A stretch of DNA of 60,776 nt from a virus (lineage: Duplodnaviria; Caudoviricetes). The stretch covers positions 1-60,776 of the IMG/VR virus record IMGVR_UViG_3300046739_000367; one strand, 5' to 3'. The translations under genes were made by a program, and so were the position numbers. Of the stretch, positions 18,037 through 25,961 are shown piece by piece (within the stretch, counting starts at the first letter, position 1; each line of letters starts with the position of its first letter). The notes beneath the pieces were generated by a model, which saw only the letters and a list, made by a program, of their open reading frames with translations, did not search any database and was not told where the DNA came from.

Positions 18037-19100
18037 TCACCTTCCCCAAGCTCATTCGATACGGAGGTTCGCCCACGCCGACGAATCCTCCGACACGGGA
18101 CGAGATCCTGAACCTGCAAGGGTCGTTCCAGGGGATCTGGTGCGATACCTCATACAATCAACCCGGATCTCGTTGGCGAGGACGCACTCCGCTGTTCGAC
18201 CCGGCAATCGGATGGTTCGCGCCGTCGGACAGGAAGAACGCATACGCTGCGAAGCGAGCTGCGGGAGATAAGCTCGTCGTTCTGGCCGTTACCGGACAGT
18301 ACCACGAGAACGACCCGTCGAACTTCTACGAGCAAGTTCCTGGAAAGGACTTCTTCCGTTCCGGCCTGAACGAACTCGTCGACCTGATCCTCGAAGCCGT
18401 CCAGCAGGAGGGCATGCGTGGAGTCCAGCTCTGGTGCGGTGGAGACGGACTCGGCGACGGAGTGAACTACAACGACTTCGGCGGAATGACCTACGGCTGG
18501 CAATGGCTCATGAAGAACTTCCCCGCAATCTACAAGGGGCTCGAGAGCGTGTCGCCGTGGATCATCTGGCAGGCCGGAGCAGATGGCGTGATCCCCGGAT
18601 GGGCCGGGCCGGAAAACAACTGGCACCGGGTGAATCAGTGGCTCACGTTCGCGCGAGGGATCATCGGCGACGGTGGGCACCTCGGCACGTACGAGTCCAG
18701 CGGGTACTGGGCATGGTCCGGAGAGACGAACGACTACTCCCACGACGAAGGGATGTTGGTCGATCAGATCTGCTTCGAGTTCCCGTATCCGATGGGACCG
18801 CCGACGTCGACTCCGCCGGCTGACTTCTGTAACCAGTCGGATGAAGTCCGCGGACCCTTCGATCAGGTCTGGCAGATCTCGAAGCGGGCACTCGGCCCGA
18901 ACTGGAACCGGCCGCCGGACGAACCCGTCTGCGACGACGGCGGGAAGTCGGGTGGAATTGGCCCCGGGAAGTACGGTCCGCGTTCGCTCCGTGGACAGGA
19001 GTACGACACGTACGGGCACGTTCGAAACTTCATCGCGGATGGCGTCACCCAGCAACGCCGTTCGTATCTTTCACAAATCGGTTGGGGCCTCGTAGGCTAG
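18033..19100 (+). CDS. hypothetical protein, possibly glycoside-hydrolase-like
   Basis: 355 aa, aromatic/Gly/acidic-rich, translationally coupled. Confidence 0.45.
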   Translation: MITFPKLIRYGGSPTPTNPPTRDEILNLQGSFQGIWCDTSYNQPGSRWRGRTPLFDPAIGWFAPSDRKNAYAAKRAAGDKLVVLAVTGQYHENDPSNFYEQVPGKDFFRSGLNELVDLILEAVQQEGMRGVQLWCGGDGLGDGVNYNDFGGMTYGWQWLMKNFPAIYKGLESVSPWIIWQAGADGVIPGWAGPENNWHRVNQWLTFARGIIGDGGHLGTYESSGYWAWSGETNDYSHDEGMLVDQICFEFPYPMGPPTSTPPADFCNQSDEVRGPFDQVWQISKRALGPNWNRPPDEPVCDDGGKSGGIGPGKYGPRSLRGQEYDTYGHVRNFIADGVTQQRRSYLSQIGWGLVG

Positions 19101-19108
19101 GAGGACAG

Positions 19109-19285
19109 ATGATTCACGTACAGAAGATCGAGGAAGGGCAGGACTCCGACGCGATGCTTCTCGGCAGCGTTCAGACCTGGCTCACGGGGATTCCTCAGCA
19201 GCGTCAGACGATCATCTCGATCGTCAAGACGTCGAAGGGGTACGTCACCGTCACGGAAGATCCCGAACCGCCGAAGGAGGGCTAG
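19109..19285 (+). CDS. hypothetical protein
   Basis: AGGAGG RBS before the ATG at 19109. Confidence 0.55.
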   Translation: MIHVQKIEEGQDSDAMLLGSVQTWLTGIPQQRQTIISIVKTSKGYVTVTEDPEPPKEG

Positions 19286-19857
19286 TGATCACACTCTTGC
19301 TTCTTACGGTTCTGCAAACGGCGCCGACGTGCGACGCCTCGCTTCAGGCCCACGTGTATCACCCTCAGCGTCTGAAGCAACTGCAGGAGTGCGTTGCAGT
19401 GTCCGGGACGATCGTCGACGCGACGAAGGGCGTACACAAGAACGGGCTACGCCATGAAGCCGACGGGGATACCCACGGATGGCTGAAGGTCGACCCCCAG
19501 TTCGAGAACCTCCTCAACGACGGGAACAAGTCGGCGGAAGGCGGGAACCTCGTGTTCGAGATCGTCTGCATGTACTCCGTACACCAGGCCGATGCGAAGA
19601 GCGCCTGTAAAGGGTACAAGTCGAAGATTAAGGTTCCTCCGGTTGGATCACAAGTCGTCATTACGGGCGTACTCGTCCAGGATCAGGAACACGCCCAGTG
19701 GAACGAGATACACCCGGTAACGTCTATCACGGTAGTGAAGGCCGCAGCCGGCCCGTGGAAACATCGTCTCGAAGACATCGCCTTAGGGGCAGTTGCCGTG
19801 ACGATCATCGTAGCGTGCGTTTACAGCGGCAGTTGTGCCGGTCTCACTGGAGGATAG
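19285..19857 (+). CDS. exported OB-fold-like protein with a C-terminal TM segment
   Basis: Signal-like N-terminus, EADGDTH and WNEIHPVTSI motifs, four Cys in the exported domain. Confidence 0.55.
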   Translation: MITLLLLTVLQTAPTCDASLQAHVYHPQRLKQLQECVAVSGTIVDATKGVHKNGLRHEADGDTHGWLKVDPQFENLLNDGNKSAEGGNLVFEIVCMYSVHQADAKSACKGYKSKIKVPPVGSQVVITGVLVQDQEHAQWNEIHPVTSITVVKAAAGPWKHRLEDIALGAVAVTIIVACVYSGSCAGLTGG

Positions 19858-20145
19858 ATGCTTACAAAGTTCCTGACGTCGCTCGGGTTCACTCGAGACT
19901 GGTTCGGGTGGTTGTGGCTCCGGATCATCTCCGCAGCCATGCTCATCGACAGCCTCGGACCGGATGTCGTCACCAACACCCTGAACTACATCGGCGTGCC
20001 ATGTTCGCCGACTACGGTTCATCGCGTAATGTTCGCGGCGGTCGCTCTGTTGTGGATCGCCGGGAAGCAAGCACACAGCGGACTGAAGAGCTCTGCGGAG
20101 ATGAACAGCGTCACCCCACCATCACAGAAGGAGACAGGAGTATGA
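19858..20145 (+). CDS. putative holin
   Basis: 95 aa, two hydrophobic segments, hydrophilic tail, lysis region. Confidence 0.5.
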   Translation: MLTKFLTSLGFTRDWFGWLWLRIISAAMLIDSLGPDVVTNTLNYIGVPCSPTTVHRVMFAAVALLWIAGKQAHSGLKSSAEMNSVTPPSQKETGV

Positions 20146-20543
20146 AGATGCCTATTCGCACCCTCGTGTTCGTCGCTCTGGCGACTTTCGCCGTCAGCTG
20201 TACGAAGACGCCCCCGGTCGTCAACCCACCGGCTCCGGGCGTGCTCACACCAGCGCAGGTCACGGAGATTCAGAAAGGACTCGACTCCGTCCAGGCGATC
20301 GCCGAGCTCGTGTCGGTCGCGTATCCTCAGGTCGTGACGGCGAAGGACGTTCAGGTGATCAACAAGTTCCACGATGCGGCAACGACGACGTTGACGGCAG
20401 CCGCAAGTGGGTGGAAGACGACACTTGACACGGCTCTCGACCAGGTCATCGCGAACCTCTCAGCGAATGCGAAGCTGAAGTTGACACCGTACTTCAACGT
20501 CGTGAGAGCCGCGGTCGACAACTTCGTTCCGGGACTTCCGTGA
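20142..20543 (+). CDS. lipoprotein (possible spanin-like)
   Basis: MKMPIRTLVFVALATFAVS|C lipobox-like; AGGAG RBS. Confidence 0.6.
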   Translation: MKMPIRTLVFVALATFAVSCTKTPPVVNPPAPGVLTPAQVTEIQKGLDSVQAIAELVSVAYPQVVTAKDVQVINKFHDAATTTLTAAASGWKTTLDTALDQVIANLSANAKLKLTPYFNVVRAAVDNFVPGLP

Positions 20544-20806
20544 CGTTCCCTCCTGGAGCGCTCAGCGCAGACGTGATCGCCGCGGCGGTCCACCGAGACC
20601 TGGACTCCGCGCTCAACACGATCCCAGCGGGTCAGCATGGGGCGCTCTTGCTCCATGTTAACCTCGAATCCGGCAAGCCGACAGGAGGGTTCACCGTCGC
20701 AGAGAAAGTCGGGGACAACTGGGCAGTCGCGTTCGACGGGTCCGTAGGCCAGTCGAACGGTCACCTCGATCCAGCTGTGGGACTCGCGGTGAAGGGATCC
20801 TGGTAG
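20540..20806 (+). CDS. hypothetical protein ending in an amphipathic beta strand and Trp
   Basis: Coupled GTGA start; C-terminus AVGLAVKGSW. Confidence 0.5.
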   Translation: MTFPPGALSADVIAAAVHRDLDSALNTIPAGQHGALLLHVNLESGKPTGGFTVAEKVGDNWAVAFDGSVGQSNGHLDPAVGLAVKGSW

Positions 20807-20836
20807 ATGAGCCGGAGGGCAGAAAGGTAGGTAGGG

Positions 20837-21034
20837 ATGCCGGAGAACAAACGGAAACAGGGCATGATCGCGATGTACAACCACCTCGCGTTCATCCACC
20901 TGTTCGAGCAGGAGTTCGCGAAGGACCCGAAGCTGACGCCAAACGGTCTTCGCGCGACTCTCTGGAACGCACACAAGGAGCGCATCGCGAAGGCGAAGGC
21001 GGCTCACGCAGCCAATCAGAAGGGAGGAAAGTAG
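20837..21034 (+). CDS. hypothetical basic protein
   Basis: ORF in operon orientation. Confidence 0.5.
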   Translation: MPENKRKQGMIAMYNHLAFIHLFEQEFAKDPKLTPNGLRATLWNAHKERIAKAKAAHAANQKGGK

Positions 21035-21036
21035 CC

Positions 21037-21378
21037 ATGGGCATCCTCATCGTCTGGATGGAAGAGGCGGAGCAGGCAGCAGGCGTCTTCGGTGAAGCGC
21101 AGGCGAGACTGGCGGCCGCGGAGCAGGATCTCATCGACACGGCGTTCGCGGCAGGCGCGACGGTGCTCGGCGGGATCTACTACTTCTTCGGTCAGCAGAA
21201 CGCAACTCCGAACATCGCGCAGTTCGGTCCGGGCTTCGGTCCGGTGTGCGTCGCGACGAGAGCCGACGGAAGCGTGGTGCCTCCGGGAGGAGGGGACGAG
21301 GATGACGACGTCCTCTTCGACTGGGACTACTACGACGACTGGTCGGATGATCCGGGCGGCGGACCTCCCGGAGTGTAG
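21037..21378 (+). CDS. hypothetical protein with an acidic tail
   Basis: GGAGG RBS; C-terminus DEDDDVLFDWDYYDDWSDD. Confidence 0.55.
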   Translation: MGILIVWMEEAEQAAGVFGEAQARLAAAEQDLIDTAFAAGATVLGGIYYFFGQQNATPNIAQFGPGFGPVCVATRADGSVVPPGGGDEDDDVLFDWDYYDDWSDDPGGGPPGV

Positions 21379-21478
21379 TTCGCGTTCGACGAGATCCTGT
21401 CGAGACTCGAAGAACTGACCGCTGGGAACCCTCGCTGCCCCGGTGAGGGAGGTTGGTGTCGACGATCGGCGGCAGGTA

Positions 21479-21518
21479 GGCGGGGAGGGCTGACAACCCT
21501 TCCCCGCCGATTTCTTCT
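21479..21518. terminator. GC-rich hairpin where the late (+) and early (-) transcription units converge
   Basis: GGCGGGGAGGG-CTGACAA-CCCTTCCCCGCC followed by GATTTCTTCT. Confidence 0.6.
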
Positions 21519-21561
21519 AGGTGACATTAGCTCCCGGTCACCATCATACGATCACCCCCGT

Positions 21562-21795
21562 TCAGATCTCCTTTTCGTCGACGAGTCCACCCTGCCAGTG
21601 GCCTCCATCGTCGGTTGTCGTTCCGTCCCACCGTACGGTGTACCAGAAGGTGTTCGAGTGCAGGTTGTACGACGAGTCCTTGCGAACGCCGACGACGACG
21701 CCTCTCTTCCACCCCGTTCGCTCCGCGAAGTTGTTTCGGTTGACGATTGCTCGGGCGACACGGTCCCCGATCTGCCAGCGCTGCGTCTCACTCAT
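21562..21795 (-). CDS. small SH3/KOW-like hypothetical protein
   Basis: IGDRVAR...RGVVVGV...YTVRWD. Confidence 0.55.
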   Translation of the reverse strand: MSETQRWQIGDRVARAIVNRNNFAERTGWKRGVVVGVRKDSSYNLHSNTFWYTVRWDGTTTDDGGHWQGGLVDEKEI

Positions 21796-22844
21796 ACGAG
21801 GTCCTCACGGAGGAAGTGGTCGGCCATGGGCGAGATGAAAGAGCCGGTCGTCGTCCGCCCTTGATGCTCGATGAAGAGGATCTGATGCAGGAAGCGCTGT
21901 GGCTCCGCCTCCATCGCCGCTCGCCAGGCGTCGTTCAGGTTCTTGACGGAGGTCGTTGCTCCGTGCTCGTCCATCAGGTCGATAACGGAGCAAGGGCCGA
22001 ATTCTCCAGCGGTGAAGCCGGTGATCATCATCGCATGGGAGAAGTATTCCTTCACCTTGATCCAGTCTTTCGACCGTTTAAGCGGACGGTACATCCCGTT
22101 CTTCCGCTTGAGGATCAGGCCTTCACCGCCTCGGGCTCGAATCTCCCGGAAGGCATCGGTTGAGACCGGGTGAAGCTGGGAGACGAAGACGATGTCTGAC
22201 GGCATCGTGGAGGCATGTCGTTGCAAGAGCGAACGTCTGTACGACTGATCGTAGTTCAGCGTGGTCTGTCGTCCTCCGGTCGACGTACACTCTTCCAGGA
22301 TGTCGAAGGCTGCAAGCACGAGCTTGTCCTCGTTCTCGAGGGCTTTCGTATCCGTCGAGACGCCGCCAGGTACGAAGAACTCTCCGTCGATGAGAGCGGG
22401 TTTCCAGCCGCGGAGCCCTTCCTTGATCTGCTCCGGGATCCCGACTTCGTTCCCGACGCGGGACCACGCCGTCATCTTCGCGATGTCGATGATCCGACGG
22501 TGTCCGTTGTACTTCTCCTCCGCGAACCAGCCGTCCGACGAGAAGTCTTCGACGGTCTTGCCCTCCGGCATCCCGCTCGCGAGCATCGGCTGAACCGGGC
22601 ACATGTTGATGTTCAACGCCGTCTTCGAAATCTTCCCGCCGTTGAACTCGCGGATCATCTCTTTCGTGTGCTTGCACTCTCTCGGAGTCGCCTTCGAGTA
22701 CTTATACCCCTTACACTCGTTCCCGGGGGTCATGTCGCACTCGCTCGTCCCGTCTTCGTAGAGCGTACACGTGTAGAACGTGCCCGGACTACTCTTGCTC
22801 TCGAACTTCTGCGTCCGGCGTACCTTCCGCTGGATCTCCGTCAT
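21792..22844 (-). CDS. ATP-dependent DNA ligase with an N-terminal SWIM-like Zn finger
   Basis: PMLA, EEKYNGHR (motif I), IDGEF, AFDIL, EGLILK, WIKVK; N-terminal C...C...CKH. Confidence 0.9.
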   Translation of the reverse strand: MTEIQRKVRRTQKFESKSSPGTFYTCTLYEDGTSECDMTPGNECKGYKYSKATPRECKHTKEMIREFNGGKISKTALNINMCPVQPMLASGMPEGKTVEDFSSDGWFAEEKYNGHRRIIDIAKMTAWSRVGNEVGIPEQIKEGLRGWKPALIDGEFFVPGGVSTDTKALENEDKLVLAAFDILEECTSTGGRQTTLNYDQSYRRSLLQRHASTMPSDIVFVSQLHPVSTDAFREIRARGGEGLILKRKNGMYRPLKRSKDWIKVKEYFSHAMMITGFTAGEFGPCSVIDLMDEHGATTSVKNLNDAWRAAMEAEPQRFLHQILFIEHQGRTTTGSFISPMADHFLREDLV

Positions 22845-23181
22845 TCGGCCTCCTTAAGTCAGCTACGCTGACGCCAATCTTCCGTAGACGCTTGTACAGC
22901 GTCGTGTACGAGAGCCCCAGCGATTTCGCGACCGCGAGCACTCCCTTCTCCTTCACCTGAGCGACGATGTCTTCGGGCAGTCTCGCCGTCCGATTCGCTC
23001 CTCCGCGTCCGCGGACCGCCGTCGCGCGTCGCCCCAGCGCCAAGCGGATCGTGTTCCGGCTTACGCCGAACCTCCCTGCTAAGTCGGCAATCGATAGCTT
23101 CTGCCGGTCGTACAGATCCGCCCACATCTCCTCCTCCGAGGCGAAGCCGAGGCGGGTCCAGGTCGTCGTCCAATCAATCAC
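22789..23181 (-). CDS. double helix-turn-helix DNA-binding protein
   Basis: SIADLAGRFGVSRNTIRLAL and VLAVAKSLGLSYTTLYKRL; GTG start after GGAGG. Confidence 0.75.
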   Translation of the reverse strand: MIDWTTTWTRLGFASEEEMWADLYDRQKLSIADLAGRFGVSRNTIRLALGRRATAVRGRGGANRTARLPEDIVAQVKEKGVLAVAKSLGLSYTTLYKRLRKIGVSVADLRRPNDGDPAEGTPDAEVREQE

Positions 23182-23357
23182 GGTTTCACCTCCGGAGCTT
23201 TCTCCCTCCAGTATCCACAGTCCCGGCACCTCCACCACGTTCCGTACACGTAATCGAACGTCCCCGACCAGCACCGGACGATGTTGAAGGCAGGTCCGAG
23301 TCGAAGAAGCTCCCTTCGATTCCGACGGGCAACGATGAGGACGGAGGAATGCTTCAC
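23178..23357 (-). CDS. small hypothetical protein (CxxC)
   Basis: GTGA coupled on both sides. Confidence 0.45.
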   Translation of the reverse strand: MKHSSVLIVARRNRRELLRLGPAFNIVRCWSGTFDYVYGTWWRCRDCGYWREKAPEVKP

Positions 23358-24769
23358 TCCCACCCTTCGGGCATCAGGGTATACCTCTTTGACGCCGCAT
23401 CCCACTCCACCAGCTTCGCTTCGCGCAAGGTTGTCATACATCGCTTGAAGTTCTCCACGTTCATCTTGTTCTTGTTGAGGCGGAGCAGAGCGACGTGTTC
23501 CAACGTGCCGCCAGCGTCCCGCAGCTGCCGGAGAATTCGTCCCTGGTCGATCCCCTGCGACGTCTCCGTCATTTCGTCGAAGGTGTTCGGAAGGTAGGTT
23601 TCCAGCCACTCGAGGATCTTGTCCGCGAGGATCAGGTCGGTGTCCGAGATTTCCAGAGCATCGATGTCGGCGGCAGTCCGCATGATCATCGCTAGGCGGA
23701 TGATGTGGTCCGGCTTACGCTCGTGATACCCCGCAAACTGCTTGTCTCCTCGCAGCGCCGGCCTCGTCTGATACCAGTGCATGTACCAGTCGTGGGCGGC
23801 TTTGGAGAACTTGAAGACCCCCTTCTTCCGCTTCATGCGGCTCAGGGCCGCCGTCAGCTCCTTCCTCTTCTCATCCGACATCGTCGGCGGAAGCGGGAAC
23901 ACCCGTGCCGTACTCTCCTGGACAACGAAGAGGAAGCGGGACATGAACCCACCGCCAAACGCGTCCTTCGGAATCGCCGTCTGAATCCAGTCGAGTGTGC
24001 TGCAGACGACAACGCTGAGTGCGACGTTGTTGAGTGACATCTCACCGCGACCAACTGTCCGGGAGGACCACGTCTTCGGGCAGTCGAGCAGGCTCGTCAG
24101 CAAGGGAATCATCCCCTCCTGATACTTCTGCTTCCCGAGGAAGACAGCAAGCTCCGGAGCGTAGACGAGGCCGACGGCGTTCGTCGAAGACTTCAACGCG
24201 TCGACGAGGGCCTCAGGTGTCGCCTTATCCGCGAGAAGGGTTCCTCCGGTCTTCTGGTACAGCTTGATCGCTAGGTTGCAGGCGGACGTCTTTCGACAGC
24301 GTCCGCTCGGCGCGATAATCATCACGCACATGTTCGGGAAGACTTCGTACGCTCCTTTGTCGAAGGCAACGTTCCGCCCTAGCGTCGCACCAATGACAGC
24401 GCAACCCGCGAAGAAGTGGAACACCGTCGGCGGCTCGGTTTGTCGGGTCCACTCGATATAATCCGCAATCCATCCGCTTCGCGGGACGAGAGCGTCGAAC
24501 TCCGTCCGTTTGTCAATCCGCTTGAGGGCGAGGTCGACGTCCTCCACTGTCTTGCCGAAGGCCTGCGCCACCGCACTGATAACAGACGCCGGCTGCTTCG
24601 CCCTAGGCAGTTCCAGAATCCACTTACATACGTCTGCAAAGAGATCCTCCGTCGCCGCTTTCTTCGGAAGTTTGTGCAAGAGCCGCATCAAGCGACTCAG
24701 CTTCTGCCCGGGTGTCTTCGGCTCCGTTCCGAGCTCGCTTAGTCGGAGCGCCTGGGGTATCCTCGTCAT
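23354..24769 (-). CDS. DUF3987-family P-loop helicase-like replication protein
   Basis: TEPP..FH, PNMCVMIIAPSGRCRKTS (Walker A variant), TPEAL, GGGFMSRFLFV. Confidence 0.8.
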   Translation of the reverse strand: MTRIPQALRLSELGTEPKTPGQKLSRLMRLLHKLPKKAATEDLFADVCKWILELPRAKQPASVISAVAQAFGKTVEDVDLALKRIDKRTEFDALVPRSGWIADYIEWTRQTEPPTVFHFFAGCAVIGATLGRNVAFDKGAYEVFPNMCVMIIAPSGRCRKTSACNLAIKLYQKTGGTLLADKATPEALVDALKSSTNAVGLVYAPELAVFLGKQKYQEGMIPLLTSLLDCPKTWSSRTVGRGEMSLNNVALSVVVCSTLDWIQTAIPKDAFGGGFMSRFLFVVQESTARVFPLPPTMSDEKRKELTAALSRMKRKKGVFKFSKAAHDWYMHWYQTRPALRGDKQFAGYHERKPDHIIRLAMIMRTAADIDALEISDTDLILADKILEWLETYLPNTFDEMTETSQGIDQGRILRQLRDAGGTLEHVALLRLNKNKMNVENFKRCMTTLREAKLVEWDAASKRYTLMPEGWE

Positions 24770-25506
24770 GCTTCTCCGTTACACACCTTCTTCAGGAACA
24801 TCGTGTTCTCGTACGCCAGATCCTTCTGCTCTTGCGTCACCTCCTCGATTTCCAAAAGCTCCTTCTGCGGGATCGACTTCCGCACGTCCTCGAGGTCTGA
24901 AAGACGCTTCCCGAGCATCGCCCACTTGAACGCTTTCCCCGTGTCGACGGACCACGTCACGCTAGTGTGTTGGTGCGAAGCCGCTGCAAAGTGCCGGAGC
25001 TCGTCAAGGGTGTTCACGCCGAGAAGGTGAATCCGGCGGAAGTGCGTCATCGCTTCCTGATGCTCCAGGAACCACCGGAGACGCGGAAGGCGGAATGGGA
25101 GAAGGAGCATGCTCGTGGTTTCGTAGTACGTCTCCAATGCGATCTGTCGGTCGATCGAGTCCTCTCCGCACATGACGCCGACGACGGCGATTCCCGTCTC
25201 GGAGAAGAGTCTCCGTGCCCGCTGGAACTGATACGTGTTCCAGGAGGTGTCACCGAGCCGATCCGGAGGGATGACGTAGTCAGCTCGGCATCGTGCTGCG
25301 GCATCCTTCAGCTTCTCAATCGGCAACGCCTCGCCGAGTTCGTGCATGGAGTTGTCCAGGATCAGCGTACGATCCCGATGCCTGTTCTTCAGGCGGAGCG
25401 CGTACGTTGCGTCGTCCAGGACCTTGTGCGCAAGTACGAAGTCGAGGTCCGCCCACGAGCTCAGGTGCCAGTGAGCAACTGGGATTTCCGTCGCAAGCTG
25501 GATCAC
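24766..25506 (-). CDS. divergent DpdA/TGT-like TIM-barrel transglycosylase (putative 7-deazaguanine insertion into DNA)
   Basis: ILDNSMHELG, IPPD, IHLLG and SVDT align with TGT-family motifs; the genome encodes FolE/QueD/QueE/QueC. Confidence 0.6.
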   Translation of the reverse strand: MIQLATEIPVAHWHLSSWADLDFVLAHKVLDDATYALRLKNRHRDRTLILDNSMHELGEALPIEKLKDAAARCRADYVIPPDRLGDTSWNTYQFQRARRLFSETGIAVVGVMCGEDSIDRQIALETYYETTSMLLLPFRLPRLRWFLEHQEAMTHFRRIHLLGVNTLDELRHFAAASHQHTSVTWSVDTGKAFKWAMLGKRLSDLEDVRKSIPQKELLEIEEVTQEQKDLAYENTMFLKKVCNGEA

Positions 25507-25961
25507 TTCGCCTCCTTCGGCTTGAAGAGCGAGATCGTGTCCGTCCCAGCGGACAGGAACTCGTATACAGCCAGGGCTTCCCGTCGAGGGTCGGATCCGA
25601 GGGCGGCTTGCAACGCGATCCTCGCCAGCGGCGGGAGTACACGATCCATCTTGTAGACGACGTGTGTCTTCCCGTTGCGGCTCCGCCAGCCGTCGTGCAG
25701 CTGAAGCTGAAAGCGTTCGCCGATGATCGAGCGGGCCCCGACTCCAGAGAGGTCGACGAAGTCTCCGAAGTTGATCTCGTCGAAGTCACAGAGGAGTTCG
25801 TCCTCCGCTCCTTTGTAGAGCGTGCACCCGACTGCTTCTGCAATCGCCTTCAGGTCTTCGAGACTGTTCACCTTGTACCCTTTCCCCTTCTCGAACTTGT
25901 CGACTGTGTCCACGTATCCCTCCTTAAGCGGCAATGCCAAGGTACTTCTCCAGTTCATCAC
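25503..25961 (-). CDS. minimal AEP-like primase candidate
   Basis: LLCDFD (motif I), SRNGKTHVV (motif II), GSD (motif III); between the polymerase and helicase genes. Confidence 0.45.
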   Translation of the reverse strand: MMNWRSTLALPLKEGYVDTVDKFEKGKGYKVNSLEDLKAIAEAVGCTLYKGAEDELLCDFDEINFGDFVDLSGVGARSIIGERFQLQLHDGWRSRNGKTHVVYKMDRVLPPLARIALQAALGSDPRREALAVYEFLSAGTDTISLFKPKEAK

